Under the pieces are notes generated by a model that saw nothing but the letters and a program-made list of their open reading frames with translations, did no database searches and was not told the DNA's origin. Of a stretch of DNA of 64,000 nucleotides, positions 20,386 through 29,327 are shown in pieces. Position numbers and translations under genes: made by a program. The number at the start of each line of letters is the position of its first letter. Position 1 is the stretch's first letter. The DNA comes from a bacterium (GTDB lineage: Bacteria; Patescibacteriota; Dojkabacteria; SC72), in contig JAIORF010000005.1 in assembly GCA_021108295.1 (NCBI GenBank), positions 136,531-200,530 on the forward strand. Direction: 5' to 3'.

Positions 20386-20386
20386 T

Positions 20387-22135
20387 TTATTGGAGTATAG
20401 CTTTAATTCTTTTAGTTCCTGCTCCTACGTTTTCTTGTTTGCTTATTTTGAATTTTCCTAATTCGTTTGTATTGCTCACGTGTGGTCCGTTACATATCTC
20501 TAATGAGAAGGGGTTTTCTTTAGGGCCGATGTAGTAGAGTTTTACTGTGTCTCCGTATTTCTCACTGAATGCAGCAAAGGGGACTAGTTCTAATGCTTTT
20601 TCCTTGGAGACTTCCTCAAACGATATTTCTAATCCTTTTTCTATTACTTCATTTACAATGTTTTCGACTTTAGTTATTTGTTCTGGTGTTAGTTTGTTAT
20701 CGTTTGGATAGTCTAGTCTTAGTCTTTCTGGTGTAATGTTGCTTCCTTTTTGGTATACCTGTTCTCCTAGTACTTGTCTGAGTGCTGCTAAGAGTAGATG
20801 AGTAGCTGTATGGTAGTGTGTGGACATTTCTGAGGAGTCTGCGAGTCCCCCTTTAAACATTCCTGAGGATGAGGTTCTGGATTTTTCTTGGTGTCTAACT
20901 TCGGCTTTGTCGAAGTCCTCAGGGCTTGTTAATTTAAGTTTTCTCTCTTTTAGAATTTCTTTTGTTAATTCAATTGGAAATCCATATGTTTCGTAAAGGG
21001 TAAATGCGTCTTCTCCAGTAAGTTGAGATTTTTTCTTTAACATTTTTTCTAGAATTTTCAATCCTTTTTTAATGGTATTGTTGAAAGCCTTTTCTTCTTT
21101 TTCAATTATATTAAGAATATATTCTTTTTGATCTTCAAGTTGTGGGTATATTACTTTAAATTGATCAATTGCAATTGTAGCTATTTCTCTTGTGAATATG
21201 TCACCAATGTTTAACTTCTTCCCATGTCTTACTGCTCTTCGGATGAGTCTTCTTAGGATATACCCTTGTTGAGATTTAGAAGGTATCACGCCATCCATTA
21301 CAATCCATGTGGCTGCTTTGATGTGGTCTACTATGATTCTTTGTGATTCGAGGATATCATTATTTGAAATTTCTTTTACTTTTTCCAGTATTGGTTTGTA
21401 TATATCTGTTTGGAAAATACTGTCTACTTCTTGTATGACTGTGGTTAGTCTGTCCAATCCACCTCCAAAGTCTACATTGTGTATTCCTAGGGGTTTATAT
21501 TTACCATCTTCAAGAAGATATTCCATGAATACGTTGTTTCCAATTTCTACAAGTTCCCCATTATCCAATTTGTAAAAGATTTCACTATCTGGTCCACATG
21601 GTCCTCCTGTAGGTAATCCCCACCAATTCTCTTCCCGATTTAGTGGTTCTATTCTTTCTCCTTTACCAACCTTTGCATCGATGTCGTAGGATTTAAATAT
21701 TTCCTCCCAAGCTCCTATTGATTCATTGTCTTGTGGTATTCCCTTTTCTCCTTCAAAAACGGTTGCATATATTTTATTGATATCCAGGCCTAATTCTTCT
21801 ACGAAGAATTTTACTGTTAGAGTGATAGCTTCTTTTTTAAAGTAATCATTTAAAGACCAATTACCTAGCATTTCGAATGTAGTACAGTGGAAGTTGTCTC
21901 CTACTTCATCTATATCTCCTGTTCTAAGACATCTTTGAGAGTTGACGAGTCTTGGACCTTTCGGATGAGTTGTTCCTGTAAGGAATGGAACTAAAGGGAG
22001 CATCCCAGCATTTACGAAGAGTACTGAAGGGTCGTCTTCTGGTACGAGAGGTGAGCTGGGGATTTCTTTATGGTTGTTGTCTTTAAAAAACTGTATATAT
22101 TTATCCCGGATTTCTTTGTAAGTCAGGTGTTTCAT
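20387..22135 (-). CDS. alaS: Alanine--tRNA ligase (short form, no C-Ala domain)
   Basis: FVNAGM, FEMLGNWS, GYILRRLIRRA, LYETYGFP, editing HTATH/CNGPH. Confidence 0.96.
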   Translation of the reverse strand: MKHLTYKEIRDKYIQFFKDNNHKEIPSSPLVPEDDPSVLFVNAGMLPLVPFLTGTTHPKGPRLVNSQRCLRTGDIDEVGDNFHCTTFEMLGNWSLNDYFKKEAITLTVKFFVEELGLDINKIYATVFEGEKGIPQDNESIGAWEEIFKSYDIDAKVGKGERIEPLNREENWWGLPTGGPCGPDSEIFYKLDNGELVEIGNNVFMEYLLEDGKYKPLGIHNVDFGGGLDRLTTVIQEVDSIFQTDIYKPILEKVKEISNNDILESQRIIVDHIKAATWIVMDGVIPSKSQQGYILRRLIRRAVRHGKKLNIGDIFTREIATIAIDQFKVIYPQLEDQKEYILNIIEKEEKAFNNTIKKGLKILEKMLKKKSQLTGEDAFTLYETYGFPIELTKEILKERKLKLTSPEDFDKAEVRHQEKSRTSSSGMFKGGLADSSEMSTHYHTATHLLLAALRQVLGEQVYQKGSNITPERLRLDYPNDNKLTPEQITKVENIVNEVIEKGLEISFEEVSKEKALELVPFAAFSEKYGDTVKLYYIGPKENPFSLEICNGPHVSNTNELGKFKISKQENVGAGTKRIKAILQ

Positions 22136-22156
22136 ATTGGAGATTATATCAGAAAT

Positions 22157-24019
22157 CTAGAGAATTGGTTCTGGTGGTGTGTTGTTATCGGGGCTTGGAG
22201 TTTTTTCTTCCCCTATTTTCTCGTAGAGGATTTTGAGATCGTCTTCTGTATTTCCAGTTTTTGGTTGTGGTTGTAAGGTTCTTTGTGGGGTAGTAGTTGC
22301 TTCTGGTGGTATTGTGGTTTGTAATTTGGAGAATGTGTGTTCATTGTCAATTATTTGATTTTTGTTAACAATACTCTCTACAGTATTTGTATGTGTAGGT
22401 GGTGTGAGTGTATCATCTATCTCAGAGGTGCTCTCATCGTCTTTCCATACTCGTACTAAAATTAATGGGATGGCTAATGCTAGGAAGAGTAGTAGTAGCC
22501 CTCCTCCTACAACGTATACTATTGATTTTGTTATACCGTATCCGAAGAAGTAAAATTTGTCTGGGTCTGTTTCTTCTCCTTCAATTGTGAAAGTCCAATT
22601 TTTATTGGCTTCTAAGTTTTCACTATCAGTGAAGGAAATCTCTACTTTATGTAATCCTGTGCTGAATTCGTTTTCTGTTTGGAATATTAGGGTGTATTCA
22701 GAATCTGAGATTTTATTAAATTTGATTTGTGATGTTACATCTTTGTTGTCTACTTTAATTAGGATGCTGTCTTCATTAATTGTAGTATCTTGGCTTGAGA
22801 GTAGTGATGCTCTGATTGTGACTAGGGTGTTTGTAATATTGTCTTCACTGGTTGGTGAGACGTTTATTATTTGTGGTTCTGGGAGTGTTACACTATCGTC
22901 TGGTATGTCAAATTCTTCACCTACAATGTTTATTGTTTGTGAGATTCCTTGTCCTGTAAGTACTGGGTCTTGGTTGTCTGTTGCTTTTATTATTGCTTTG
23001 TAAATACCTCCCGATATGTTCTTGGTATCAATTGAATATTCTTCAATGTTGTATGCGATATTTTTATCTATGCTTTGCCACTTACTTTCGTCTTGTAAGC
23101 TTTTTGCTAAATAGAGTTCGTAGTGTGTGATTGCATTTTGGTCGGATGCTGCCCATTTTATTGTGAGGGTTTTCCCTTGTGCTATGGTTAGTGCTTCCCA
23201 TGGTGAAAGTATGGTGACTTGTGGGACATCATTTTCTGCAGGATTTACACTTACTATCCATGATTGTGATCTGAGGTGCTTGCTGTATCCGTCATGTATG
23301 AAGACATTCGCTAGGTAACTTGCAGGTTCAGAGGTACTTCCTTTGAATTGTATCTTGAGGTTTCCATTGCTTCCATCGTTGATAACTGTGTATTTCATCC
23401 AATCTTCGTTTGGAGTGAATGAGAAAACGTAATTGATCATGTCTCCTTCTGGGTCTGTAGCAGTCATGGTGTATTCGTATGTTGTATCTGTATTTATGTC
23501 TTGTGAGGGAATTGAGTCGATGGGGGAGGATGTAAATTCTGGTGCACTGTTGTTTGCTACCACCCTTATTCCTTTTACATCGTATGGGCTGCTTATGACA
23601 CATGCACTGCTGTAATCTCCTTCTGAGAGTGTACCAATCATTTCATATGCTCTGGATGTAGTTGGTGTGAATTCAAATGTTTCTGCTATTTCATTTTCTT
23701 CCTCGTCGTATGTTTTAGAAAAGATTTCTTCACCTGTGGAGTCTGTAATGAGGATGGAGGTGATTCCATTTCCCTGTGCAATTCCTTCTACCTGCATCCT
23801 TACGGTTGTGTCTACTTCTATTGTGTATGGATTTACGTTTGGGAAGGATATGACACACGGGTTTTCTTCACTTACCTCTATTTGCTCAAAGGCCAGATTT
23901 CTAATATCAAAGTTTTCATTAACAATTTGCCATACAATCATAGGTAGGCAGAGTACTAAGAAGAGTGAAAGAATGAGGAAGTTTTTTTTGGCAGGTTGTG
24001 GGGCGTAGTTTTTATTCAT
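22157..24019 (-). CDS. Multi-Ig/cadherin-like surface protein with N- and C-terminal TM segments
   Basis: NSAPEFTS..ATDPEGD, NDVPQVTI..ASD, KATD repeats; Pro/Thr-rich tail. Confidence 0.7.
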   Translation of the reverse strand: MNKNYAPQPAKKNFLILSLFLVLCLPMIVWQIVNENFDIRNLAFEQIEVSEENPCVISFPNVNPYTIEVDTTVRMQVEGIAQGNGITSILITDSTGEEIFSKTYDEEENEIAETFEFTPTTSRAYEMIGTLSEGDYSSACVISSPYDVKGIRVVANNSAPEFTSSPIDSIPSQDINTDTTYEYTMTATDPEGDMINYVFSFTPNEDWMKYTVINDGSNGNLKIQFKGSTSEPASYLANVFIHDGYSKHLRSQSWIVSVNPAENDVPQVTILSPWEALTIAQGKTLTIKWAASDQNAITHYELYLAKSLQDESKWQSIDKNIAYNIEEYSIDTKNISGGIYKAIIKATDNQDPVLTGQGISQTINIVGEEFDIPDDSVTLPEPQIINVSPTSEDNITNTLVTIRASLLSSQDTTINEDSILIKVDNKDVTSQIKFNKISDSEYTLIFQTENEFSTGLHKVEISFTDSENLEANKNWTFTIEGEETDPDKFYFFGYGITKSIVYVVGGGLLLLFLALAIPLILVRVWKDDESTSEIDDTLTPPTHTNTVESIVNKNQIIDNEHTFSKLQTTIPPEATTTPQRTLQPQPKTGNTEDDLKILYEKIGEEKTPSPDNNTPPEPIL

Positions 24020-24034
24020 ATCTATATATTAATG

Positions 24035-25366
24035 TTACTCATTAGTTTGTGCAAGTTGATCGTTAATATCAATTTGCGCATTTTTCATAGCACTTTGGAT
24101 ATCCTTACCATCTTCTACAATTTCTGTAATTGCGTTGTTTAAAGTTTTCTCTACAAACATCTGGTCTCCCATCCCCCAAGACTTCATATGTGGAGCCATT
24201 ATTGTGTATGCTTTGAGGTATGGATTATTCGCTAAGGAATCGTTGAGGGTTACTAATGAGTAAGGTTCACCAAAAGCTCTAATTTGTGAAGATGCCGAAA
24301 AGACATCCTGTTGATTATCAATTAAGAAGCTTATGAATTCCCATGCAGCATCTGGATTAGTACAGGTTTTGGTTACACTATCTCCCCAGTACATAGAGTA
24401 GTAAACTTGGTTGTTGTTTTCAAGCTGTGGTAGTGGCGCAATCCCAAATTCAATACTTGGTGCTGATTGGATGATATCAAATGCTCTCCAACTCGGAGCG
24501 AACATCATTGCCAAATTACCAGCGTAAAACATTTCGAGATCATTTCTTAACTCAGAGCTCCATACGGGATCTTCTCCTAATGTGAAATTGGTATAGATAT
24601 ATGTTGCGGAGAGAACACTATCACTAACTAGATTGGTAGAGGTGTAGGTTTCGTCTATGATATCTGCTCCATTAAGTAGCATTAAGTAGGAGAGAATGTC
24701 TGCAGAGTGAGTGATATTTCGAGATGTACCAATGGCAAGTCCTGATTGTGAAATTTGTCCTGCACTGTTCTTAGTAGTCAGTTTCTTCGCTAATTCTACA
24801 AAAGAATCCCAATCTGTTGGTGGTTCTGCAACTCCTGCTTGAGAGAGTAGTTGCTTATTGTAAAATATTGCTAACCCATCTATTTCCCAAGGCATTGCGT
24901 ATATATTCCCATCCTTTGCAGTGAAATCTGATGTTGCAGTAGGGTAGAATTTCTCAGAATATGTTGTACTATCCATGATGGAAGTAGGTAGTGGTGAGAG
25001 ATATTTGTAGTATTTTGGTGTCCAGCTATTATAAATTCGTACAATATCCGGAGCAGGTTCCGAGGAGGTAGATGCTTGTTGAAGTCTTGTGTAAAGTCTA
25101 CTCTCATAGTTTGTAAAAGATTGTTGAGAGTAAACGATCCTTACTTCAGGATGCAATGCTTCATACTTTTCAATGATTGGTTGCATGACGCTCTCTGGTT
25201 CCCACAGTCCCCAGTAGGAAAGTTCAGTACTTACTTGTATATCTGTATCGGTGTTTGTAGAATTACTTTCTTGATCTCCTAAAATTACTACGATGATTAG
25301 AGTTATTATTAAAAATACTAAAACTATTCCTAGTATTGTGATTAGTTTTTTCTGCTTCTGATTCAT
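24035..25366 (-). CDS. Carbohydrate ABC-type extracellular solute-binding protein (TM-anchored)
   Basis: PDIV, IYAMP, FYNKQLL, PPTDW, AAWEFISFL; start moved to ATG 25366. Confidence 0.85.
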   Translation of the reverse strand: MNQKQKKLITILGIVLVFLIITLIIVVILGDQESNSTNTDTDIQVSTELSYWGLWEPESVMQPIIEKYEALHPEVRIVYSQQSFTNYESRLYTRLQQASTSSEPAPDIVRIYNSWTPKYYKYLSPLPTSIMDSTTYSEKFYPTATSDFTAKDGNIYAMPWEIDGLAIFYNKQLLSQAGVAEPPTDWDSFVELAKKLTTKNSAGQISQSGLAIGTSRNITHSADILSYLMLLNGADIIDETYTSTNLVSDSVLSATYIYTNFTLGEDPVWSSELRNDLEMFYAGNLAMMFAPSWRAFDIIQSAPSIEFGIAPLPQLENNNQVYYSMYWGDSVTKTCTNPDAAWEFISFLIDNQQDVFSASSQIRAFGEPYSLVTLNDSLANNPYLKAYTIMAPHMKSWGMGDQMFVEKTLNNAITEIVEDGKDIQSAMKNAQIDINDQLAQTNE

Positions 25367-25384
25367 ATTTACATTGTACACAAA

Positions 25385-26179
25385 CTAATATCTTTCTGCC
25401 ACTACTACGAGTCTTTTTGTTCCGATTCCAAGAGGCCAGCAGGTCATCAGTGTTACTGTCTCTTTACTCCCTTGATTGTCTAGTATGGAGAAATCATCTG
25501 ATTCGACAATCTTTTTCTTCCTTACAATGTAGTGTAGAAGATTGTCATCCTTCTTAATATATACATCATTTCCAATATCAATATCCTCGAGTCTAGTGAA
25601 GATTGTTTCTGCTAGGTTTTGATGTCTAGTGAAGAAACTTTCTACAGAGCTATGTCCATAGATGAATGAGTTTCCTCCATCTCCCGGAAGAGGTGTTCCT
25701 TTGAAATGTGCTACCCCTCTTTTAAGATATTGATCGTAAACCCTTTCTTCAGTACTTTCTACATTCGGCGTTATGATAATATCCTCTATCCCAACACTCT
25801 TAATCGATATGTACATATCTTTAGAATATTCGCTGTCAATTTGGATTTCTTTTTGTGAATCGGTAGTTGGATCGTAGGTATATATCCCCTTAAATGTTAG
25901 ACCTTCTATTCCATCCTCCAAATTCGCAAAGTAATTCTTGCTTGGATCGTAGTAAGCAAATTCTTCCTCAATATATGCTTTGTATGAATCAGGAACGGGA
26001 TTTTTCATCAGTTTTACTCTAGTTTGTTCAATTACTCCATCTATATAGGATTTAGTTAACGGGATCGCTTGGGAAAGGATTATTAAAATGCCGATGAGTG
26101 ATAGAGATACTGAGATAGCTATCTTAGTCTTTTTGACCTTCGTTGTTTGTTCTTCTGGTATATTCCATTCATTTTGCAT
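25385..26179 (-). CDS. Sortase
   Basis: GVAHFKGT, IYGHSS (His), F..L, TLMTCWP (Cys), KRLVV (Arg). Confidence 0.92.
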   Translation of the reverse strand: MQNEWNIPEEQTTKVKKTKIAISVSLSLIGILIILSQAIPLTKSYIDGVIEQTRVKLMKNPVPDSYKAYIEEEFAYYDPSKNYFANLEDGIEGLTFKGIYTYDPTTDSQKEIQIDSEYSKDMYISIKSVGIEDIIITPNVESTEERVYDQYLKRGVAHFKGTPLPGDGGNSFIYGHSSVESFFTRHQNLAETIFTRLEDIDIGNDVYIKKDDNLLHYIVRKKKIVESDDFSILDNQGSKETVTLMTCWPLGIGTKRLVVVAERY

Positions 26180-26188
26180 AGTTGTATT

Positions 26189-26689
26189 CTAGCATATGAG
26201 TGACGGGCCTGGCATACTAGTACCTATAGTTTTACCCTCATGTGTCCATAACCATCTGTAGTTTACAGAATGGGTTACCAATCCCGCTTTTGTAGGGTTT
26301 TCTCTGAGATATTCTTTTATTCTATTTATATCTATTCGTGTTGGAAGTAATTTGTATTGATACCTATCCTGACATAACCGTCCAACTAGTTTGTATTTTC
26401 GATTGAAGTAAAGGCTGTAAGCAGTCATGGAGCGATGAAAAAACCTTGTAAGATCCTTTGGGTTAGTACCTAGTCGCAAAAGCAGGTGATAATGGTTTGG
26501 CATAAGGCAGTATCCATAAATATCGACACTTGTGGCTTCTTCATAATAGTAGATTAGGTTTAAAAACCTTAAAAAGTCTTCTTCGTCAAGGTAAATCTTT
26601 TGTTTCCTATTCCCTCTATTGTAAGCATGGTAGTAATGATTTGGAAAAAACAACCTTTGAGTACGCTCCCTTTTTATTTCTTCAGTCAT
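26189..26689 (-). CDS. REP-associated tyrosine (HUH, Y1) transposase, RAYT/IS200-like
   Basis: YHAYNRGN, YCLMPNHYHLLL (HUH), EYLRENPTKAGLV (catalytic Tyr), YRWL. Confidence 0.9.
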   Translation of the reverse strand: MTEEIKRERTQRLFFPNHYYHAYNRGNRKQKIYLDEEDFLRFLNLIYYYEEATSVDIYGYCLMPNHYHLLLRLGTNPKDLTRFFHRSMTAYSLYFNRKYKLVGRLCQDRYQYKLLPTRIDINRIKEYLRENPTKAGLVTHSVNYRWLWTHEGKTIGTSMPGPSLIC

Positions 26690-26764
26690 AATATCTATTT
26701 TACCTGATAGTTATGAACTTCCGATGAACGAATCTCACTATAGGTACTAGTATGCCAGGCCTGT
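26203..26764. mobile_element. RAYT element bounded by 28-bp inverted repeats
   Basis: 26203-26230 acgggcctggcatactagtacctatagt matches the reverse complement of 26737-26764 at 27/28 (25 bp perfect). Confidence 0.8.
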
Positions 26765-26806
26765 TTCTTGGCAATGCTCCTACCTTTCTGCTAAAATGAT
26801 TTCCAT

Positions 26807-27892
26807 ATGGAAAAACGAGATTACTACAAAATACTTGGTGTTGATAAAGGGTCTACACAAGCTGAGATTAAAAAAGCATATAGAAAACTTGTTAAGAAGT
26901 ATCATCCTGATGTAAACAAGGATGATGGTGCTGAGGATAAGTTTAAGGAGGTACAAGAATCATATGAGATTCTTTCAGATGAATCAAAGAGGAAGGCATA
27001 TGACCAATATGGCCATGCTGGAACTGCTGGTTTTGGTGGAAGTAGCGGACATAGTGGCTTTAATGGATATTCTCAGGGTACACCATTTGATATGGGAGAC
27101 ATTTTTAATACTTTTTTTGGTGGAGAAGGAGGTTTTGGGTTTGGTAATACTCAACAGCAGGCAAGGGTAAGAGGTTCAGATATTAAATACAGAATGAGGC
27201 TTAAGTTTGAGGAGTCGATAAAGGGGGGAGCGTTTGAGCTTAGGGTTGAAAGAGATATCCCTTGTTCATATTGTGATGGTACTGGTAGTGAGACTAAGAA
27301 GACCAAGGTGTGTAATACATGTGGTGGTAGTGGAAGGGTGCAGAAAGTACAGAGAACAATACTTGGTTCCATTGCAATCAATGGCATGTGTGATACTTGT
27401 AATGGGAGTGGTAAAATTCCTGAGAAGAATTGTTCTGAGTGTGGTGGAATGGGTATTAAGGTTGAGAGAGAGAACGAGAAGATTAAAATCCCTGCAGGTA
27501 CATACGATGGTATGGTACTTAGATTTAGAGGTGGTGGTAATGCAGGACCTAAAGGTACCCCTTCAGGAGACCTATACATTGAAATTGAAGTAGAACCATC
27601 AAAAGAATTTGAGAGAAGAGGGAATGATATTTATACAATGGAGGATGTTGTAATCCATGTAGCAGTACTGGGTGGAGATATTAAAGTAAAGACACCATAT
27701 GGTAAAGTTACACTTAAAATCCCTAAGGGTACAGAAGCTGGATCTATATTCAGAATTCGTGAGAAGGGTATGCCTATACTTGCCAAGGAGGGTATGAAGG
27801 GAGATCTTTATGTAAGGGTTGATTTAGAGATACCAAAGAGGTTATCTAGGAAGGAAAAGAAGTTGTGGGAAGAACTAGGTGAGATATCTTAG
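26807..27892 (+). CDS. dnaJ: Chaperone DnaJ
   Basis: J domain with HPD, G/F region, four CxxCxGxG repeats. Confidence 0.97.
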   Translation: MEKRDYYKILGVDKGSTQAEIKKAYRKLVKKYHPDVNKDDGAEDKFKEVQESYEILSDESKRKAYDQYGHAGTAGFGGSSGHSGFNGYSQGTPFDMGDIFNTFFGGEGGFGFGNTQQQARVRGSDIKYRMRLKFEESIKGGAFELRVERDIPCSYCDGTGSETKKTKVCNTCGGSGRVQKVQRTILGSIAINGMCDTCNGSGKIPEKNCSECGGMGIKVERENEKIKIPAGTYDGMVLRFRGGGNAGPKGTPSGDLYIEIEVEPSKEFERRGNDIYTMEDVVIHVAVLGGDIKVKTPYGKVTLKIPKGTEAGSIFRIREKGMPILAKEGMKGDLYVRVDLEIPKRLSRKEKKLWEELGEIS

Positions 27893-27896
27893 TTAT

Positions 27897-27925
27897 TTGA
27901 TTTGAATATCGTATTCTGCTATACT
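27897..27925 (+). promoter_or_regulatory. Sigma70 promoter for nusA
   Basis: TTGATT-17-TATACT with extended TGn. Confidence 0.7.
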
Positions 27926-27944
27926 TCCCTTGAAAGTTATGAGG

Positions 27945-27979
27945 AAAGAGGTGAGGAATGAAAGTCTCACCTTTTTTTT
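27945..27979 (+). terminator. Terminator-like attenuator hairpin in the nusA leader
   Basis: aaagaggtgagg-loop-tctcaccttttt stem running into a T8 tract, between the promoter and ATG 28024. Confidence 0.7.
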
Positions 27980-28023
27980 ATAAAACTTTTCTTAGAATTT
28001 TAAGTTTTGATAATAATATTAAC

Positions 28024-29310
28024 ATGGCAATGACAACGGATTTCATATCTGCAGTAAGCCAAATAGCAGCAGAAAGAGGATTGGACAAGGAGAAAATATT
28101 TGAAGCACTAGAAATAGCAATTTTGGCAGCTTACAAAAAGGAGAAATTTGGTTTGACAAGAGATGATGAAGGGAATGTAGTAGCAGACCATCTTTCAGTA
28201 GAAGTAGATAGAGAAGCTGGAGAGTTTAAACTTTTTGCAAATAAAGCAGTTGTAGAAAAGGTAGATGATGAAGAGATAGAGATAGCTCTTGTTGAAGCTG
28301 AACTAATTTCTCCAAATGTTGAAGTAGGTGATGTTGTACAGATAGAATTACCTGCTGAAGAATTGGGTAGAATCGCTGCACAGGCTGCAAAACAGGTCAT
28401 TCTTCAGAAAATGAGCGAATTTGAGAAAGATGCGGTATTAGCTGAATATAGTGATAAGGTTGGAGAGGTATTTTCTGCTTTAATGCAGAGAATGCAGAGA
28501 GGTCAAGTAATATTTGAGATAGGTAAAGCTACTGCAGTAATGCCACAAGAAGAGCAACTTAGTAACGAATATTACAAAATAGGAGAAAGATATAAAGTGC
28601 TTCTTAAGAGTATTGAAGATGGAGAAGTTTTGGTATCTAGAGCGGACCCAGACTTTTTGGTGGAACTCTTTAAACTTGAAGTCCCAGAGATTGAATCTGG
28701 TATTGTAGAGATTAAGGCTGTTGCAAGAGAAGCAGGTACTAGAAGTAAGATAGCAGTCGTATCTCATCAAGAAGGTGTTGACCCAATTGGATCATGTGTA
28801 GGACAGAGAGGTATTCGTATTGCAAACATTATGAATGAAGTTGGTGAAGAAAAAATCGACATTATCGAATGGAATGAAGATATATCTACATTCGTTGCAA
28901 ATGCATTGAGTCCAGCCAAGGTTAATGATGTAAGTATTGATGATGAAACTGCAACTGTCACAGTTGATGCTGATCAACTCTCTTTGGCAATTGGTAAAGA
29001 AGGACAGAATGTAAGACTTGCTTGGAAATTAACCGAAATGAAGATAGATATTGAAGGTCCAGAGGGAGAAGAGTTGGTAGAAGAAACAGATGAAGAAACC
29101 AAAACAGAGGAGTCACCCGAAGAAGTCGAAAAAGAAGTTGAAGAAGTAGAGAAAAAGGATTCAGTAGAAGAAAAGGAAGAAACTACAGAAGAGGAAAAAG
29201 AGCCAGTAGAAGAGAAGGTAGAAACCACAGAAGAGGTAGAAGAACCAGTAGAAGAGAAGGAAGAAACTGCAGAAGAGGAAAAAGAGGAAGTAGAAAGTAA
29301 GAAAGAGTAA
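28024..29310 (+). CDS. nusA: Transcription factor NusA
   Basis: GRIAAQAAKQVI, AREAGTRSKIAV, GSCVGQRG, SLAIGKEGQNVRLA. Confidence 0.97.
   Translation: MAMTTDFISAVSQIAAERGLDKEKIFEALEIAILAAYKKEKFGLTRDDEGNVVADHLSVEVDREAGEFKLFANKAVVEKVDDEEIEIALVEAELISPNVEVGDVVQIELPAEELGRIAAQAAKQVILQKMSEFEKDAVLAEYSDKVGEVFSALMQRMQRGQVIFEIGKATAVMPQEEQLSNEYYKIGERYKVLLKSIEDGEVLVSRADPDFLVELFKLEVPEIESGIVEIKAVAREAGTRSKIAVVSHQEGVDPIGSCVGQRGIRIANIMNEVGEEKIDIIEWNEDISTFVANALSPAKVNDVSIDDETATVTVDADQLSLAIGKEGQNVRLAWKLTEMKIDIEGPEGEELVEETDEETKTEESPEEVEKEVEEVEKKDSVEEKEETTEEEKEPVEEKVETTEEVEEPVEEKEETAEEEKEEVESKKE
29164..29289 (+). repeat. 3 x 42-bp tandem repeat encoding the acidic NusA tail
   Basis: VEEKEETTEEEKEP / VEEKVETTEEVEEP / VEEKEETAEEEKEE. 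Confidence 0.85.
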
Positions 29311-29327
29311 TTTTAAAGAATCTTGCT

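Noticed and set aside
20387-22135. Short alaS (and the short infB at 29328-30935) as pseudogenes
   Set aside because: Catalytic motifs are intact with clean ends; loss of these accessory domains is known in reduced genomes
27958-28023. Longer nusA start at 27958
   Set aside because: It runs through the leader hairpin and T-tract; NusA similarity begins at ATG 28024
29164-29289. Tandem repeats (here and at 62791-62907) as a CRISPR array
   Set aside because: They are in-frame coding repeats with no unique spacers, and there are no cas genes
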